From NCBI RefSeq assembly GCF_049331405.1, contig NZ_CP186274.1:2704367-2768366 (forward strand): a stretch of DNA of 64,000 nucleotides, written 5' to 3'. The DNA comes from Singulisphaera sp. PoT. Lineage in GTDB: Bacteria > Planctomycetota > Planctomycetia > Isosphaerales > Isosphaeraceae. Shown piece by piece: positions 55,345-64,000 of the stretch. A program made the position numbers and the translations under genes. Under the pieces are notes generated by a model that ran no database searches, had not been told where the DNA came from, and worked only from the letters and a program-made list of their open reading frames with translations. Each line of letters opens with the position of its first letter. Within the stretch, counting starts at the first letter, position 1.

Positions 55345-56772
55345 TCAACGCAGGTAGGTCGCCTTGTCGACGACGAGGCCGGGCTCGAGCTTGTGCTTGA
55401 GCTCTTCGGCGTCGAGGGCGAGGAGCGGGCTGATCTCGATGCCGAAGGGGACCGAACCGTCGGGCAGCCGGTTCACCACGGCCCCGGCTCGTTCGAGCCA
55501 GTTCGCGTAGAGCTCGGTCATGCGCTTGCGGACGCTCTCGGGAGAGTCGGAGCCCGTCGCGTTCTTGAGCGGCTCGAACTCGATCGCCCGGTCGGTCTCG
55601 ACCATCGTCGAGTTCTCGGCCATGGGGAGGGCATCGAAGATGAACCGTTCGAACTTGATCGCGTTCGGCTCTTTCGGAGAGACGAAGTTCCCCGACTCGT
55701 CGACGTAGGGGACCTTCTTGACGGCGCGATGGAAGGGGAGCCTGAGTCCTTCCAGGAGCCGCTCGATGAAGCCTCGCTCGATGATGTGGACGGCGATGCT
55801 GCCGGCCCAGAGCTGCAACGTCCCTTCCGGCTCGCGACGCTCGGCGAGCTCGCTGGGGAGGTCGGAGTATTCGATCACCTGCGGCTTGCCGTCGACGCGG
55901 ACGACGAGGCCCACCTTCTCATCCGGGGTGAGCTTCTCGATGACCTTGAACGACATCTCGGCGTCGGCCTGGCGATGCAGGCCGATGAACGCCGGGTCGG
56001 CGATCTTGACCATCGGGTTGTCGACCTGGAAATAGAAGAGGGTGCGAACGCCGAGTTCGCGCATCTCATCAAGGCAGCTCGGCTTGCCGTCGAGGCCGGG
56101 GACGGCGAGGGCGGCGAGGGTCCCGCCGTGGCCGTCGGGGCTGAGGGCGAGCCGACCCTTGTCGGCGAGGAGGACCTTGCCCGTCTCGCGGTCGATGGCC
56201 GGCATCTGCCCCTGGACGAAGAAGCGGACGTGCTCCAGGCCGAAGTTCTTGTTCTCGGCGAAGAAGGCGACCGTCGTGTCGTTGTTCTCGGGGCTGGTCA
56301 TCACGTAGAGGGGCACGGTCTTGCCGTGCCTCCGCCCCAGCGCGACGATCTTTTCGGCGTGGATCTGGAAGAGGCTCGCGCCCGAGACGGGCCCGATCGG
56401 GTACGTCCCCTTGGGTCCTTCGAACCCGAGGCGGGTGCCCGAGCCCCCCGCGACCAGGATCACGCCCACCTCGCCGGCGGCCAGGGCGGCATTGCCGACC
56501 TCGGTGATGTGGCGACGCGCGACTCGCTCCCCGTCCGTCTTGGGCAGGCGGAACACCTCGATCGGCTCCACCTTGTCCCAGGCGGCCGGCTCGTCACCCG
56601 AATCGCCCTTCAGCATCTTGGCGACGAGCTGGTCGAGCTGATCCAGGTCGAGGGCCTCGACCTCTCGCGCGAGCCGGACTTGCTGGCCCTCGTCGAGTTC
56701 GGACCACCACCGGAGGAGGTGTTCCTGACCGTGCTGCGTTAACCGCTCCAAAAGTTCGCGGTCGGGGGGCAT
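55345..56772 (-). CDS. UDP-sugar / UDP-N-acetylhexosamine pyrophosphorylase (UAP1/USP family, UTP--glucose-1-phosphate uridylyltransferase superfamily)
   Basis: Glycine-rich loop LVAGGSGTRLGFEGPKG plus the family-specific blocks. The start is taken at MPPDRELL. Confidence 0.8.
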   Translation of the reverse strand: MPPDRELLERLTQHGQEHLLRWWSELDEGQQVRLAREVEALDLDQLDQLVAKMLKGDSGDEPAAWDKVEPIEVFRLPKTDGERVARRHITEVGNAALAAGEVGVILVAGGSGTRLGFEGPKGTYPIGPVSGASLFQIHAEKIVALGRRHGKTVPLYVMTSPENNDTTVAFFAENKNFGLEHVRFFVQGQMPAIDRETGKVLLADKGRLALSPDGHGGTLAALAVPGLDGKPSCLDEMRELGVRTLFYFQVDNPMVKIADPAFIGLHRQADAEMSFKVIEKLTPDEKVGLVVRVDGKPQVIEYSDLPSELAERREPEGTLQLWAGSIAVHIIERGFIERLLEGLRLPFHRAVKKVPYVDESGNFVSPKEPNAIKFERFIFDALPMAENSTMVETDRAIEFEPLKNATGSDSPESVRKRMTELYANWLERAGAVVNRLPDGSVPFGIEISPLLALDAEELKHKLEPGLVVDKATYLR

Positions 56773-56858
56773 GCAATGCGACTCCCAACGTTCACCGCCA
56801 TGGGGCTCGAGGGAGGTTGCCTCCCCCGGCCGCCTGCGCGGCATCGAAAGTAAGAATT

Positions 56859-57662
56859 TCAAAATTCCAGGGCGAGGCCATCGTAGGCCAGGGCAACTTG
56901 GGGGGGCAAGGTCGACTCGGTCGGGCCGTGGTCGAAACTGTGCGAGAGATGCGTGAAGAAGGTTCGTCGGGGCTTGAGCCGCTCGACGACCTCGAGGGCC
57001 TGTTCCAGGTTAAAGTGGGTCGGGTGCGGCTCGAACCGGAGGGCGTCGAGGATCAGGGTGTCGAGGCCTTCCAGGAGCGGCCAGCTCGCGTCGGGGATCT
57101 TGCGGACGTCGGTGCAATAGGCGAGGTCGCCGATCCGGAAGCCCACGACATTGAATCGGCCATGCTCGAGCCTGATGGGCAGGATTCGTTCGCCGAGGAC
57201 TTCGAATGGCACGGCGGGGGCGATCGACTCGAACCGGAGCTTGGGCAGGTGGCCCGGCGGCAGGTTCATGCCGAGCTCGTTGAAGGCGTAGTGGAAGACG
57301 CTCCGGATCGTCGCCTCGGTCTCGGGCTCGCAATAGATCGGGACCGGCCCCCCCAGGAACTTGGGGAAGAGCCGGGCGTCGTCGAGCCCGAACAGGTGGT
57401 CGGCGTGGTTGTGCGTGTAGGCGATGGCGTGGACGAGCTTGATCCGCTCGCGCAGGAGTTGGATGCGCATCTCCGGCGTGGTGTCGATCAGGAGGTTCCC
57501 CTGCGGGAACTGCAGGAGGACGCTCGGCCTGGTGCGCGAATTCCGAGGGTCGGTCGAAGAGCAGACGGCGCAATCGCAACCGAAGACGGGCACGCCCGTG
57601 GACGTGCCGGTGCCGAGGAACAAGAGCCGCCTGCTGCGGGTGGTTGCAATCATTTCCGGCAA
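56859..57662 (-). CDS. MBL-fold metallo-hydrolase (PhnP/YhfI-like)
   Basis: HxHxDH motif YTHNHADHLFGLDD. It overlaps the downstream gene start by 4 nt. Confidence 0.8.
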   Translation of the reverse strand: MPEMIATTRSRRLLFLGTGTSTGVPVFGCDCAVCSSTDPRNSRTRPSVLLQFPQGNLLIDTTPEMRIQLLRERIKLVHAIAYTHNHADHLFGLDDARLFPKFLGGPVPIYCEPETEATIRSVFHYAFNELGMNLPPGHLPKLRFESIAPAVPFEVLGERILPIRLEHGRFNVVGFRIGDLAYCTDVRKIPDASWPLLEGLDTLILDALRFEPHPTHFNLEQALEVVERLKPRRTFFTHLSHSFDHGPTESTLPPQVALAYDGLALEF

Positions 57663-57974
57663 GCCACTGACCTCCGATGCCGCGATGCGAACCGAGCCGA
57701 CGGCGCGTCGTCCCCCCTCTTCCGGCCCTGCCTAGAATCGGGACGGGATATTGTACGACCTTGCCGCGGGATCTTCGACGGCAACTTGATCGCGACGGAA
57801 CGAGCCGGGCGAAGTTTACGCAGGTCATTGTCCCATGAAGGTTAGAGTGCGGCGTCTCGGGACGGGTCTCACCCCGCCATTCCGCTTGACGGAGGGTCGC
57901 CGGCAGTTGTAAGATCGCTGCTACAATCGACTTATTCCGACTACAATGCTCTTCGGGGCAGGGCGAATTCGGCA

Positions 57975-60900
57975 ATGGAACTGCTTAGCGAAATTTGGGA
58001 TAAGACGAACGACGCGTTCTCTGCGATGTCTGAGGGGGTCTCCGAAGGGCTGATCCGCCTCTTCGGGAACTCGAACGAACGTCAGATCCGCCGAATGCGG
58101 CCGATCGTGGCTCGAATCAACGAACTCGAGCCGTCGATGCAAAGCCTGACCGATGACCAGCTCTACGCCAAGACGGAGGAGTTCCGGTCTCGGCTGGCGA
58201 AGGGCGAAACCCTGGACGCCCTGCTGCCCGAAGCCTTCGCCGCCTGCCGCGAGTCGGGCCGGCGGTTCCTCAAGATGCGGCACTACGACGTCCAACTCAT
58301 GGGCGCCATGGTGCTCCACGGCGGCAACATCGCCGAGATGGTCACCGGCGAAGGCAAGACCCTCGTCGCCACCCTCGCCGCCTACCTCAATGCCCTCACC
58401 GGCAAGGGCGTCCATGTCGTCACGGTGAACGACTACCTCGCCCGCCGCGACGCCGAGTGGATGAGCCCGCTCTTCAGCGGCCTGGGCATGACCGTCGGCG
58501 CCATCCAGTCCGAGATGGACTCGGAAGAGCGTAGGGAAGTCTACTCCCGCGACGTCACCTACGGCACGAACAACGAGTTCGGCTTCGATTATCTCCGCGA
58601 TAACATGAAGCCGACCAAGGACCTGCAGGCGCAGGGGCCGCTCAACTACGCCATCATCGACGAGGTCGACAGCATCCTCATCGACGAGGCGAGGACGCCG
58701 CTCATCATCTCGGGCCCGGCCTTCGACGACGTCCGCAAGTATGCCGAGGCGGACCGGATCGCACGCCTCCTCCGCAGGGACGTCCACTTCGAGGTCAAGG
58801 AAAAAGAGCGGACCTGCCACCTCAACGACGAGGGCATCCGCGAGGCCGAGAAGATCGCCGGGATCGAGAGCTTCTACACGCCCGGCAACATGGAATGGCC
58901 GCACCTCATCGACAACTCGCTGAAGGCGCACCACCTCTACAAGCGCGACCGCGATTACGTCGAGATGAACGGCGAGATCGTCATCGTCGACGAGTTCACG
59001 GGTCGCCTCATGACCGGCCGGCAGTGGTCGGACGGGCTCCACCAGGCGGTCGAGGCCAAGGAACGCGTCAAGATCAAGGAAGAGAACCAGACGCTCGCCA
59101 CCATCACCCTCCAGAACTTCTTCAAGCTCTACAAGAAGCTCTCGGGGATGACCGGCACGGCCATGACCGAGGCCAACGAGTTCTACAAGGTCTACCACCT
59201 CGACGTCGTCGCCATCCCGACGAACCGGACCCTGACCCGGCAGAGCTACGCCGACGTGATCTATCGCTCGGATCGGGAGAAGTTCAACTCGATCCTGAAG
59301 GAGATCCAGGAGGTCCACGCGACCGGGCGGCCGATCCTCGTCGGCACGACCTCGATCGAGAAGTCGGAAGAGATCGCCGACCTGCTCAAGCGGCACGGCA
59401 TCCCGCACCAGGTGCTGAACGCCAAGTACCACGAGCGCGAGGCCGAGATCGTCGCCCAGGCCGGCCGGAAGGGGGCCGTGACGATCGCCACCAACATGGC
59501 CGGCCGCGGCACCGACATCATCCTCGGCGGCAACCCCGAGTTCATGGCCTGGGCCGACCTGAAGCGCCTCACGAACGAGGACGGCCGGCCCCTCTATCCG
59601 ACCCGGCTCGAAGTACCGCCCCAGGTCTGGGTCGCGGCGGTCGAGAAGTACGCGCCCGAGATGAAGGCCGAGGGACGCGAGGTCGCCGAGGCCGGCGGCC
59701 TGCACATCATCGGCACCGAGCGCCACGAAAGCCGCCGGATCGACAACCAGCTCCGCGGTCGCGCCGGCCGTCAGGGGGACCCGGGAACGTCCCGATTCTT
59801 CCTCTCGCTCGAAGACGACCTGATGCGGAAGTTCGCCGGGGAGTGGGTCTCGAACGTGCTCACCCGCCTCGGCATGGAAGAGAACGAGGCCATCGAGAGC
59901 AAGCTCGTCTCGCGCCGGATCGAAGGGGCCCAGAAGAAGGTCGAAGAGCGCAACTTCGACTCTCGTAAGAACCTGCTCGAATACGACGAGGTCATGGACG
60001 AGCAGCGGAAGCGGATCTACTCCTTCCGGCAGCGGCTCCTGGACGGGTACCCGGCCAAGGACTCGATCCTCGACATGATCGACGAGCAGGTCAAGGGCGC
60101 GGCCGACCGCTTCCTGGCCGACGACTATGGGACCGCCAGCTTCGCCGAATGGGCCGGCCAGCGGCTCGGCGTCGAGCTTGCGGCCAGGGACTTCCGCGGA
60201 TCCGAGTTCCAGGACGCCGAGGAAGAGGCCAAGCGCCAGGCCGAGCGGCAAGCCAACGACCAGGTCCGCGAGGCGATCGAGGAGAACCTGCCCCCCGACG
60301 CCGACCCGTCGGAGTGGACCTGGCAGTCGCTGGCGTCCTGGGCCAACACCCGCTACAGCCTCAACCTCAAGGACAAGGACCTTCGCAAGTTCGGGAGCTA
60401 CGAGGGGGGCGAGTTCGAGCTCGACCGAAACGGCCTCGAAGACTTCCTGGTCCAGAAGGCCAACCACACGATCACGACCGTCGACCTCGCCCCGTCCCAG
60501 GAGTTCCTCAAGGGCGACTGGGGCCGGCGCTCGCTGGCGGGCTGGGTCCACCACAAGTTCGGGCTCGCGATCGACCCGGCCGAATGGGAGCAGCTCTCCA
60601 AGGCCGAGATCGTCCGCAAGATCCAAACTCAGACCCGAGAGCTCTACGCCCGCAAGGAGGCCGAGTTCCCGGTCCAGGTCGGCCTGACCAAGTTCCTGGC
60701 CGAGCGTTCCCAGAACCAGAGCCCCCGGTACGACCGCGACGGCCTGGCCCTCTGGGCCTCGGAGCGGTTCCGCACGGCCGTCGACCCCGAGGAACTCCGG
60801 CCGCTCCTGCGTCCCGAGATCGAGGCCTTGCTCCTCGAAGTCGCCCGCAAGCACTATCGAGGCGCCAAGCTCGCCGAGGAGCTCGAGCGTCGGATCGACG

Positions 60901-61610
60901 CCGCCTACGGGCCCAGGCCCGAGGAGACCCGATTCGGCCCCGCCCCCTCCCCGGCCCCCGACGCCAAGAAATTGGCCGAGCTGGTGGCCTGGGCTCGCGC
61001 CGAGCTCGGCGTCGACGCGAACGTCGAGGAGATGACCGACGAGGGTCGCGAAGAGGCCCGACTCGAACTCTTCAACGCGCTCGACTCGCAGCATCGGCCC
61101 GAGATGCGCGAGATGGAGAAGGTGCTCGTCCTCCAGATCCTCGACTCGAGCTGGATGGAGCACCTCCGGGCGATGGACCACCTCCGGAGCTCGGTCGGCC
61201 TGCAAGGGTACGCCCAGATCGACCCGAAGGTCGAATACAAGCGCGAGGGCATGCGGATCTTCTCGGAGATGTGGACCGGCGTCTCCGACAAGGTGACCGA
61301 CCTGATCTTCCGCGTCGAGCAGTTCGATCCGGAGTTCCTCTCCTACCTGGGGAGCCGCTGGCAGCTCGACCGCGCCCAGACGATCCACCAGGCCCCGGCC
61401 TCCGAGCTTTCCGCCGCCAGCCCCGCCTCCGGCATCCGCGCCCAGCAGGAAGCTGCGATCGCCTCGAGCCAGCAGTCGACCGAGAAGAAGGCCGAGCCGG
61501 TCCGGAACCTCGGGAAAAAAGTGGGTCGAAATGACCCCTGCCCCTGCGGATCCGGTAAAAAATTCAAAGCTTGCTGCATGAGGAAAGAGGCCGCGGCCGA
61601 TTCTTTCTGA
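57975..61610 (+). CDS. secA: Preprotein translocase ATPase SecA (long form, 1211 aa, with a large insertion and a C-terminal zinc-finger tail)
   Basis: Walker A (MVTGEGKTLVATL); DEAD-like motor; C-terminal CPCGSGKKFKACC. Confidence 0.97.
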   Translation: MELLSEIWDKTNDAFSAMSEGVSEGLIRLFGNSNERQIRRMRPIVARINELEPSMQSLTDDQLYAKTEEFRSRLAKGETLDALLPEAFAACRESGRRFLKMRHYDVQLMGAMVLHGGNIAEMVTGEGKTLVATLAAYLNALTGKGVHVVTVNDYLARRDAEWMSPLFSGLGMTVGAIQSEMDSEERREVYSRDVTYGTNNEFGFDYLRDNMKPTKDLQAQGPLNYAIIDEVDSILIDEARTPLIISGPAFDDVRKYAEADRIARLLRRDVHFEVKEKERTCHLNDEGIREAEKIAGIESFYTPGNMEWPHLIDNSLKAHHLYKRDRDYVEMNGEIVIVDEFTGRLMTGRQWSDGLHQAVEAKERVKIKEENQTLATITLQNFFKLYKKLSGMTGTAMTEANEFYKVYHLDVVAIPTNRTLTRQSYADVIYRSDREKFNSILKEIQEVHATGRPILVGTTSIEKSEEIADLLKRHGIPHQVLNAKYHEREAEIVAQAGRKGAVTIATNMAGRGTDIILGGNPEFMAWADLKRLTNEDGRPLYPTRLEVPPQVWVAAVEKYAPEMKAEGREVAEAGGLHIIGTERHESRRIDNQLRGRAGRQGDPGTSRFFLSLEDDLMRKFAGEWVSNVLTRLGMEENEAIESKLVSRRIEGAQKKVEERNFDSRKNLLEYDEVMDEQRKRIYSFRQRLLDGYPAKDSILDMIDEQVKGAADRFLADDYGTASFAEWAGQRLGVELAARDFRGSEFQDAEEEAKRQAERQANDQVREAIEENLPPDADPSEWTWQSLASWANTRYSLNLKDKDLRKFGSYEGGEFELDRNGLEDFLVQKANHTITTVDLAPSQEFLKGDWGRRSLAGWVHHKFGLAIDPAEWEQLSKAEIVRKIQTQTRELYARKEAEFPVQVGLTKFLAERSQNQSPRYDRDGLALWASERFRTAVDPEELRPLLRPEIEALLLEVARKHYRGAKLAEELERRIDAAYGPRPEETRFGPAPSPAPDAKKLAELVAWARAELGVDANVEEMTDEGREEARLELFNALDSQHRPEMREMEKVLVLQILDSSWMEHLRAMDHLRSSVGLQGYAQIDPKVEYKREGMRIFSEMWTGVSDKVTDLIFRVEQFDPEFLSYLGSRWQLDRAQTIHQAPASELSAASPASGIRAQQEAAIASSQQSTEKKAEPVRNLGKKVGRNDPCPCGSGKKFKACCMRKEAAADSF

Positions 61611-61655
61611 ATGGCGACGCGAACTCATGAGGGTTCATACCCTCGCTGACACGAG

Positions 61656-61690
61656 CATGCCGAGCCTAGCCGCTCGGCATGTTCGTTTCC
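61656..61690 (+). terminator. secA intrinsic terminator: perfect 10-bp stem CATGCCGAGC/GCTCGGCATG, 6-nt loop, then TTCGTTTCC
   Basis: Read directly, 45 nt after the secA stop. A second small hairpin GAGGGTTCATACCCTC lies between the stop and this stem. Confidence 0.55.
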
Positions 61691-61933
61691 CGGCGGATAC
61701 AACATTGTGCCGCATCTCATTCAAGAGGCCGGAGTTAGGTTCGACGGGCGGCGAACGCTCGTCGGATCGACGCAGATCGTAGGCTGAGTTCTTCCGACTC
61801 ATCCCGGGCAAGGGCCCGGGATGGGGGGTGTTGCACGCGGATACCGAGGTGAATCGGGCACACGAGTTGCTTTAACGGGTGACTGTTCCGGTTACGCCGG
61901 AGTACGCGATGCTGGTCCGGGAAAGGATTCCCC

Positions 61934-63238
61934 ATGCCGTTGCTGTTGAATCTCGTCTATCTCGCCCTTTTGACGGCGTGTGCTCCCCTCCTCATCATCA
62001 GGGGGCTGCGAACGGGTCGATACCGCGAGGGATGGCCTGAGAAGTTCCTCGGCCGGGCCCCGATCCGGATCTCCGACCGTCCCTGCCTCTGGTTCCACGC
62101 GGTGAGCGTCGGCGAGGTGCATTTATTGCAACCACTGGTCCAGGAGCTCGCCCGCAGGCGGCCCCGCTGGGACGTGGTGATCTCGACGACGACGACCACC
62201 GGGCTGGCCTTCGCGAGACAGACTTTCCCCGACCTCGTCACCTTCTACGCCCCGCTCGACTTCAGCTGGGCCACCCAGCACGCGATCAGCCGGGTCCGGC
62301 CGACCGTCCTGGCCCTCGTCGAGCTCGAGCTCTGGCCCAACCTCGTCTGGGCCGCGAAGCAGGCCGGGGCGCGGGTCGCGATCGTCAACGGGCGACTAAG
62401 CCATCGGAGCCACCGCGGCTATCGCAGGCTCCGGGGCCCTCTCGGCTCGACCCTGCGTCGGATCGACGCGGTGACGGCCCAGACCGACGAGTACGCCGCG
62501 CGTTTCATCGACCTCGGGGTGCCGAGCCAGCGGGTCCGCGTCACCGGCTCCATCAAGTATGATGGCCTGGAGTGCGACCGAGCGAACCCGAGGACCCTCG
62601 CCATGCGTCGGGCGCTCGGCCTCTCGGCCTCCGACCTCATCTTCGTGGCGGGGAGCACCATGGAAGGGGAAGAGGCCGCGGCCCTCGCCGCCTTCCACGC
62701 CGCGAGAACCAGGCACCCGAAGCTGCGGCTCGTCCTGGTCCCCCGGCACCAGGATCGGTTTGAAAAAGTTGCAGAGTGGCTCCGCTCGAAGGGTGAAACC
62801 TTCGTCCGCAGGAGCGAGGGGCTCGAATCCCCCTCGATCCGGAACCCGGCGCCGATTATCCTGGTGGATAGCATCGGCGAGCTCTCGGCGGTCTGGGGCC
62901 TGGCCGACGTGGCGTTCGTCGGCGGCAGCCTTCTGCCTGGGCGTGGCGGCCAGAACATGATGGAGCCGGCCGCCTTCGGCGCCTCGGTCATGTTCGGGCC
63001 TTACACCGAGAACTTCCGCGAGACGGTCGAGCAACTGCTCTCGAGGCGAGGCGCGCGTCGGGTCTCCAGCGCCGACGAGCTGACCCATGCCCTGATCGCC
63101 GACCTGGACGATCCCGAGGCCGCCGCCGAGCGTGGCGAGTCGGGTCGTGCCTACGTCCTGGCCCAGCACGGGGCCTCGCACCGGACCCTCGCCGAGCTCG
63201 ACCGCCTGGTCGACGCCACTCCGGCACTGGCCAATTGA
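61934..63238 (+). CDS. waaA: 3-deoxy-D-manno-octulosonic-acid (Kdo) transferase
   Basis: N-terminal membrane anchor; GT30 motifs (WFHAVSVGE, RHQDRF, GGSL…GGQN). Confidence 0.9.
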   Translation: MPLLLNLVYLALLTACAPLLIIRGLRTGRYREGWPEKFLGRAPIRISDRPCLWFHAVSVGEVHLLQPLVQELARRRPRWDVVISTTTTTGLAFARQTFPDLVTFYAPLDFSWATQHAISRVRPTVLALVELELWPNLVWAAKQAGARVAIVNGRLSHRSHRGYRRLRGPLGSTLRRIDAVTAQTDEYAARFIDLGVPSQRVRVTGSIKYDGLECDRANPRTLAMRRALGLSASDLIFVAGSTMEGEEAAALAAFHAARTRHPKLRLVLVPRHQDRFEKVAEWLRSKGETFVRRSEGLESPSIRNPAPIILVDSIGELSAVWGLADVAFVGGSLLPGRGGQNMMEPAAFGASVMFGPYTENFRETVEQLLSRRGARRVSSADELTHALIADLDDPEAAAERGESGRAYVLAQHGASHRTLAELDRLVDATPALAN

Positions 63239-63535
63239 CAGGCCCCTCGACCGCCCGCGATACTCTCGAAAGCGTCCCGGGCGGTTCCGCGGGAAGGCCT
63301 GAGCCGGCCGGCATCTCGAAGCACGAAGTCCCGGCTTGCCCGCGAGTCGAAGGCGGATCCTTCGGCCCGTGGGCTTACTGGTTAATCGCCTCTCGCGGAG
63401 CAAATCGCCCCGCCGTGCGGCTTTGGAATCGCCCTAGAGGTAACTCCGGGCGGTTGTGAGGTCTCAAGCGGGTGTGGTACGCTCGGCTCCCATCGCCGCT
63501 ATGGCGCCGGGAGAAGTGATAATAGGGAGATCGAA

Positions 63536-63934
63536 ATGAGCGAACTAGAGAATCCTGAATCCGCGGCGGGCTCGCAGCACCATCCGATCCAGCAGCAGAC
63601 GACGGAAGTCGTCGTCGACGATTCGGGGACGGTGCCCTCGTACTCGAATTTCTGCCGGGTGACGGCGACGCCCGAGGAAGTGATCCTCGACTTCGGCCTG
63701 AATCCCCAGCCGTTCGCCACGGGTCGCCAGGAGGTCAAGGCGAACCAGCGGATCGTCATGAACTTCTACACGGCCAAGCGGTTGCTGACCGCCCTGGGCA
63801 TGACCATCCAGCGCCATGAGCAGACGTTCGGCTCGATCGAGCTCGACGTCCGTCGTCGCGCGGGCACCGCCCAGCAGCAGTTCCCGCAGCCGACCGCCGG
63901 CCGCCCCACCGGCCCCAAGGGCGTCGTCGAATAA
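63536..63934 (+). CDS. DUF3467-like small protein
   Basis: 132 aa; conserved core YSNFCRVTATPEEVILDFGLN…RIVMNFYTAKRLLTAL. Confidence 0.6.
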   Translation: MSELENPESAAGSQHHPIQQQTTEVVVDDSGTVPSYSNFCRVTATPEEVILDFGLNPQPFATGRQEVKANQRIVMNFYTAKRLLTALGMTIQRHEQTFGSIELDVRRRAGTAQQQFPQPTAGRPTGPKGVVE

Positions 63935-64000
63935 TCACGCCCCGACCGAGACAAGGCGGCCCGGACCGGCCCTCGCCTCGACGGGCCGGCCTCGCCGTCG

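Noticed and set aside
57921-61628. 1235-aa minus-strand ORF mirroring secA; also 60149..61534 (461 aa, +) in another secA frame
   Set aside because: They are shadow ORFs of secA.
1-64000. Search for tRNA, rRNA and CRISPR features
   Set aside because: No repeat-spacer periodicity is visible anywhere. No intergenic segment shows the GTTCGAATC / T-loop-like tRNA hallmarks. No 16S/23S/5S-like conserved blocks.

Overview
This is a high-GC (~68-70%) bacterial chromosomal segment, densely coding on both strands. It most likely comes from a Planctomycetota genome. That is an inference from an 'ESMESRHLL'-type N-terminal motif on a secreted peptidase, a TAT-signal DUF1501 protein, a cytochrome b/di-haem c fusion next to a Rieske protein, repeated ExbB-ExbD-ExbD cassettes and a very long SecA. 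I can support about 55 protein genes, most of them housekeeping: an RND efflux pair, alaS, secA, mnmA, hisE, trmB, ruvX, clpS, waaA, an rlmI-like methyltransferase, an HtrA protease, a bc-complex, and sugar-nucleotide enzymes. I found no rRNA genes, tRNA genes or CRISPR arrays. The points that deserve a second look are these. (1) A SAM-I (S-box) riboswitch on the minus strand sits in front of a four-gene operon: a threonine-synthase-like PLP enzyme, a MoaD/ThiS-type carrier ending in GlyGly, an E1-like adenylyltransferase and a cysteine desulfurase. Together these look like a protein-thiocarboxylate-dependent homocysteine/methionine route. (2) A P1B-type heavy-metal ATPase is fused in one ORF to a C-terminal SPFH (HflK-like) domain. 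It is followed, with overlapping stop/start codons, by a small membrane protein and by HflC- and HflK-like genes. A ~150 bp AT-rich block and a near-consensus sigma70 promoter lie in front. (3) An A9 homopolymer lies exactly where a TPR/secretin-N/Gly-Met-repeat ORF ends and the next ORF's frame is already open. A -1 slip there would fuse the two. (4) Two paralogous cassettes, ExbB - ExbD - ExbD - conserved two-TM protein, lie ~14 kb apart in opposite orientation. (5) An IS200-type (HuH/Y1) tnpA is bracketed by GC-rich REP-like hairpins, which suggests a RAYT-style element. (6) An ORF-poor region of lower GC ends in a strong intrinsic-terminator hairpin. Its transcript is unknown.
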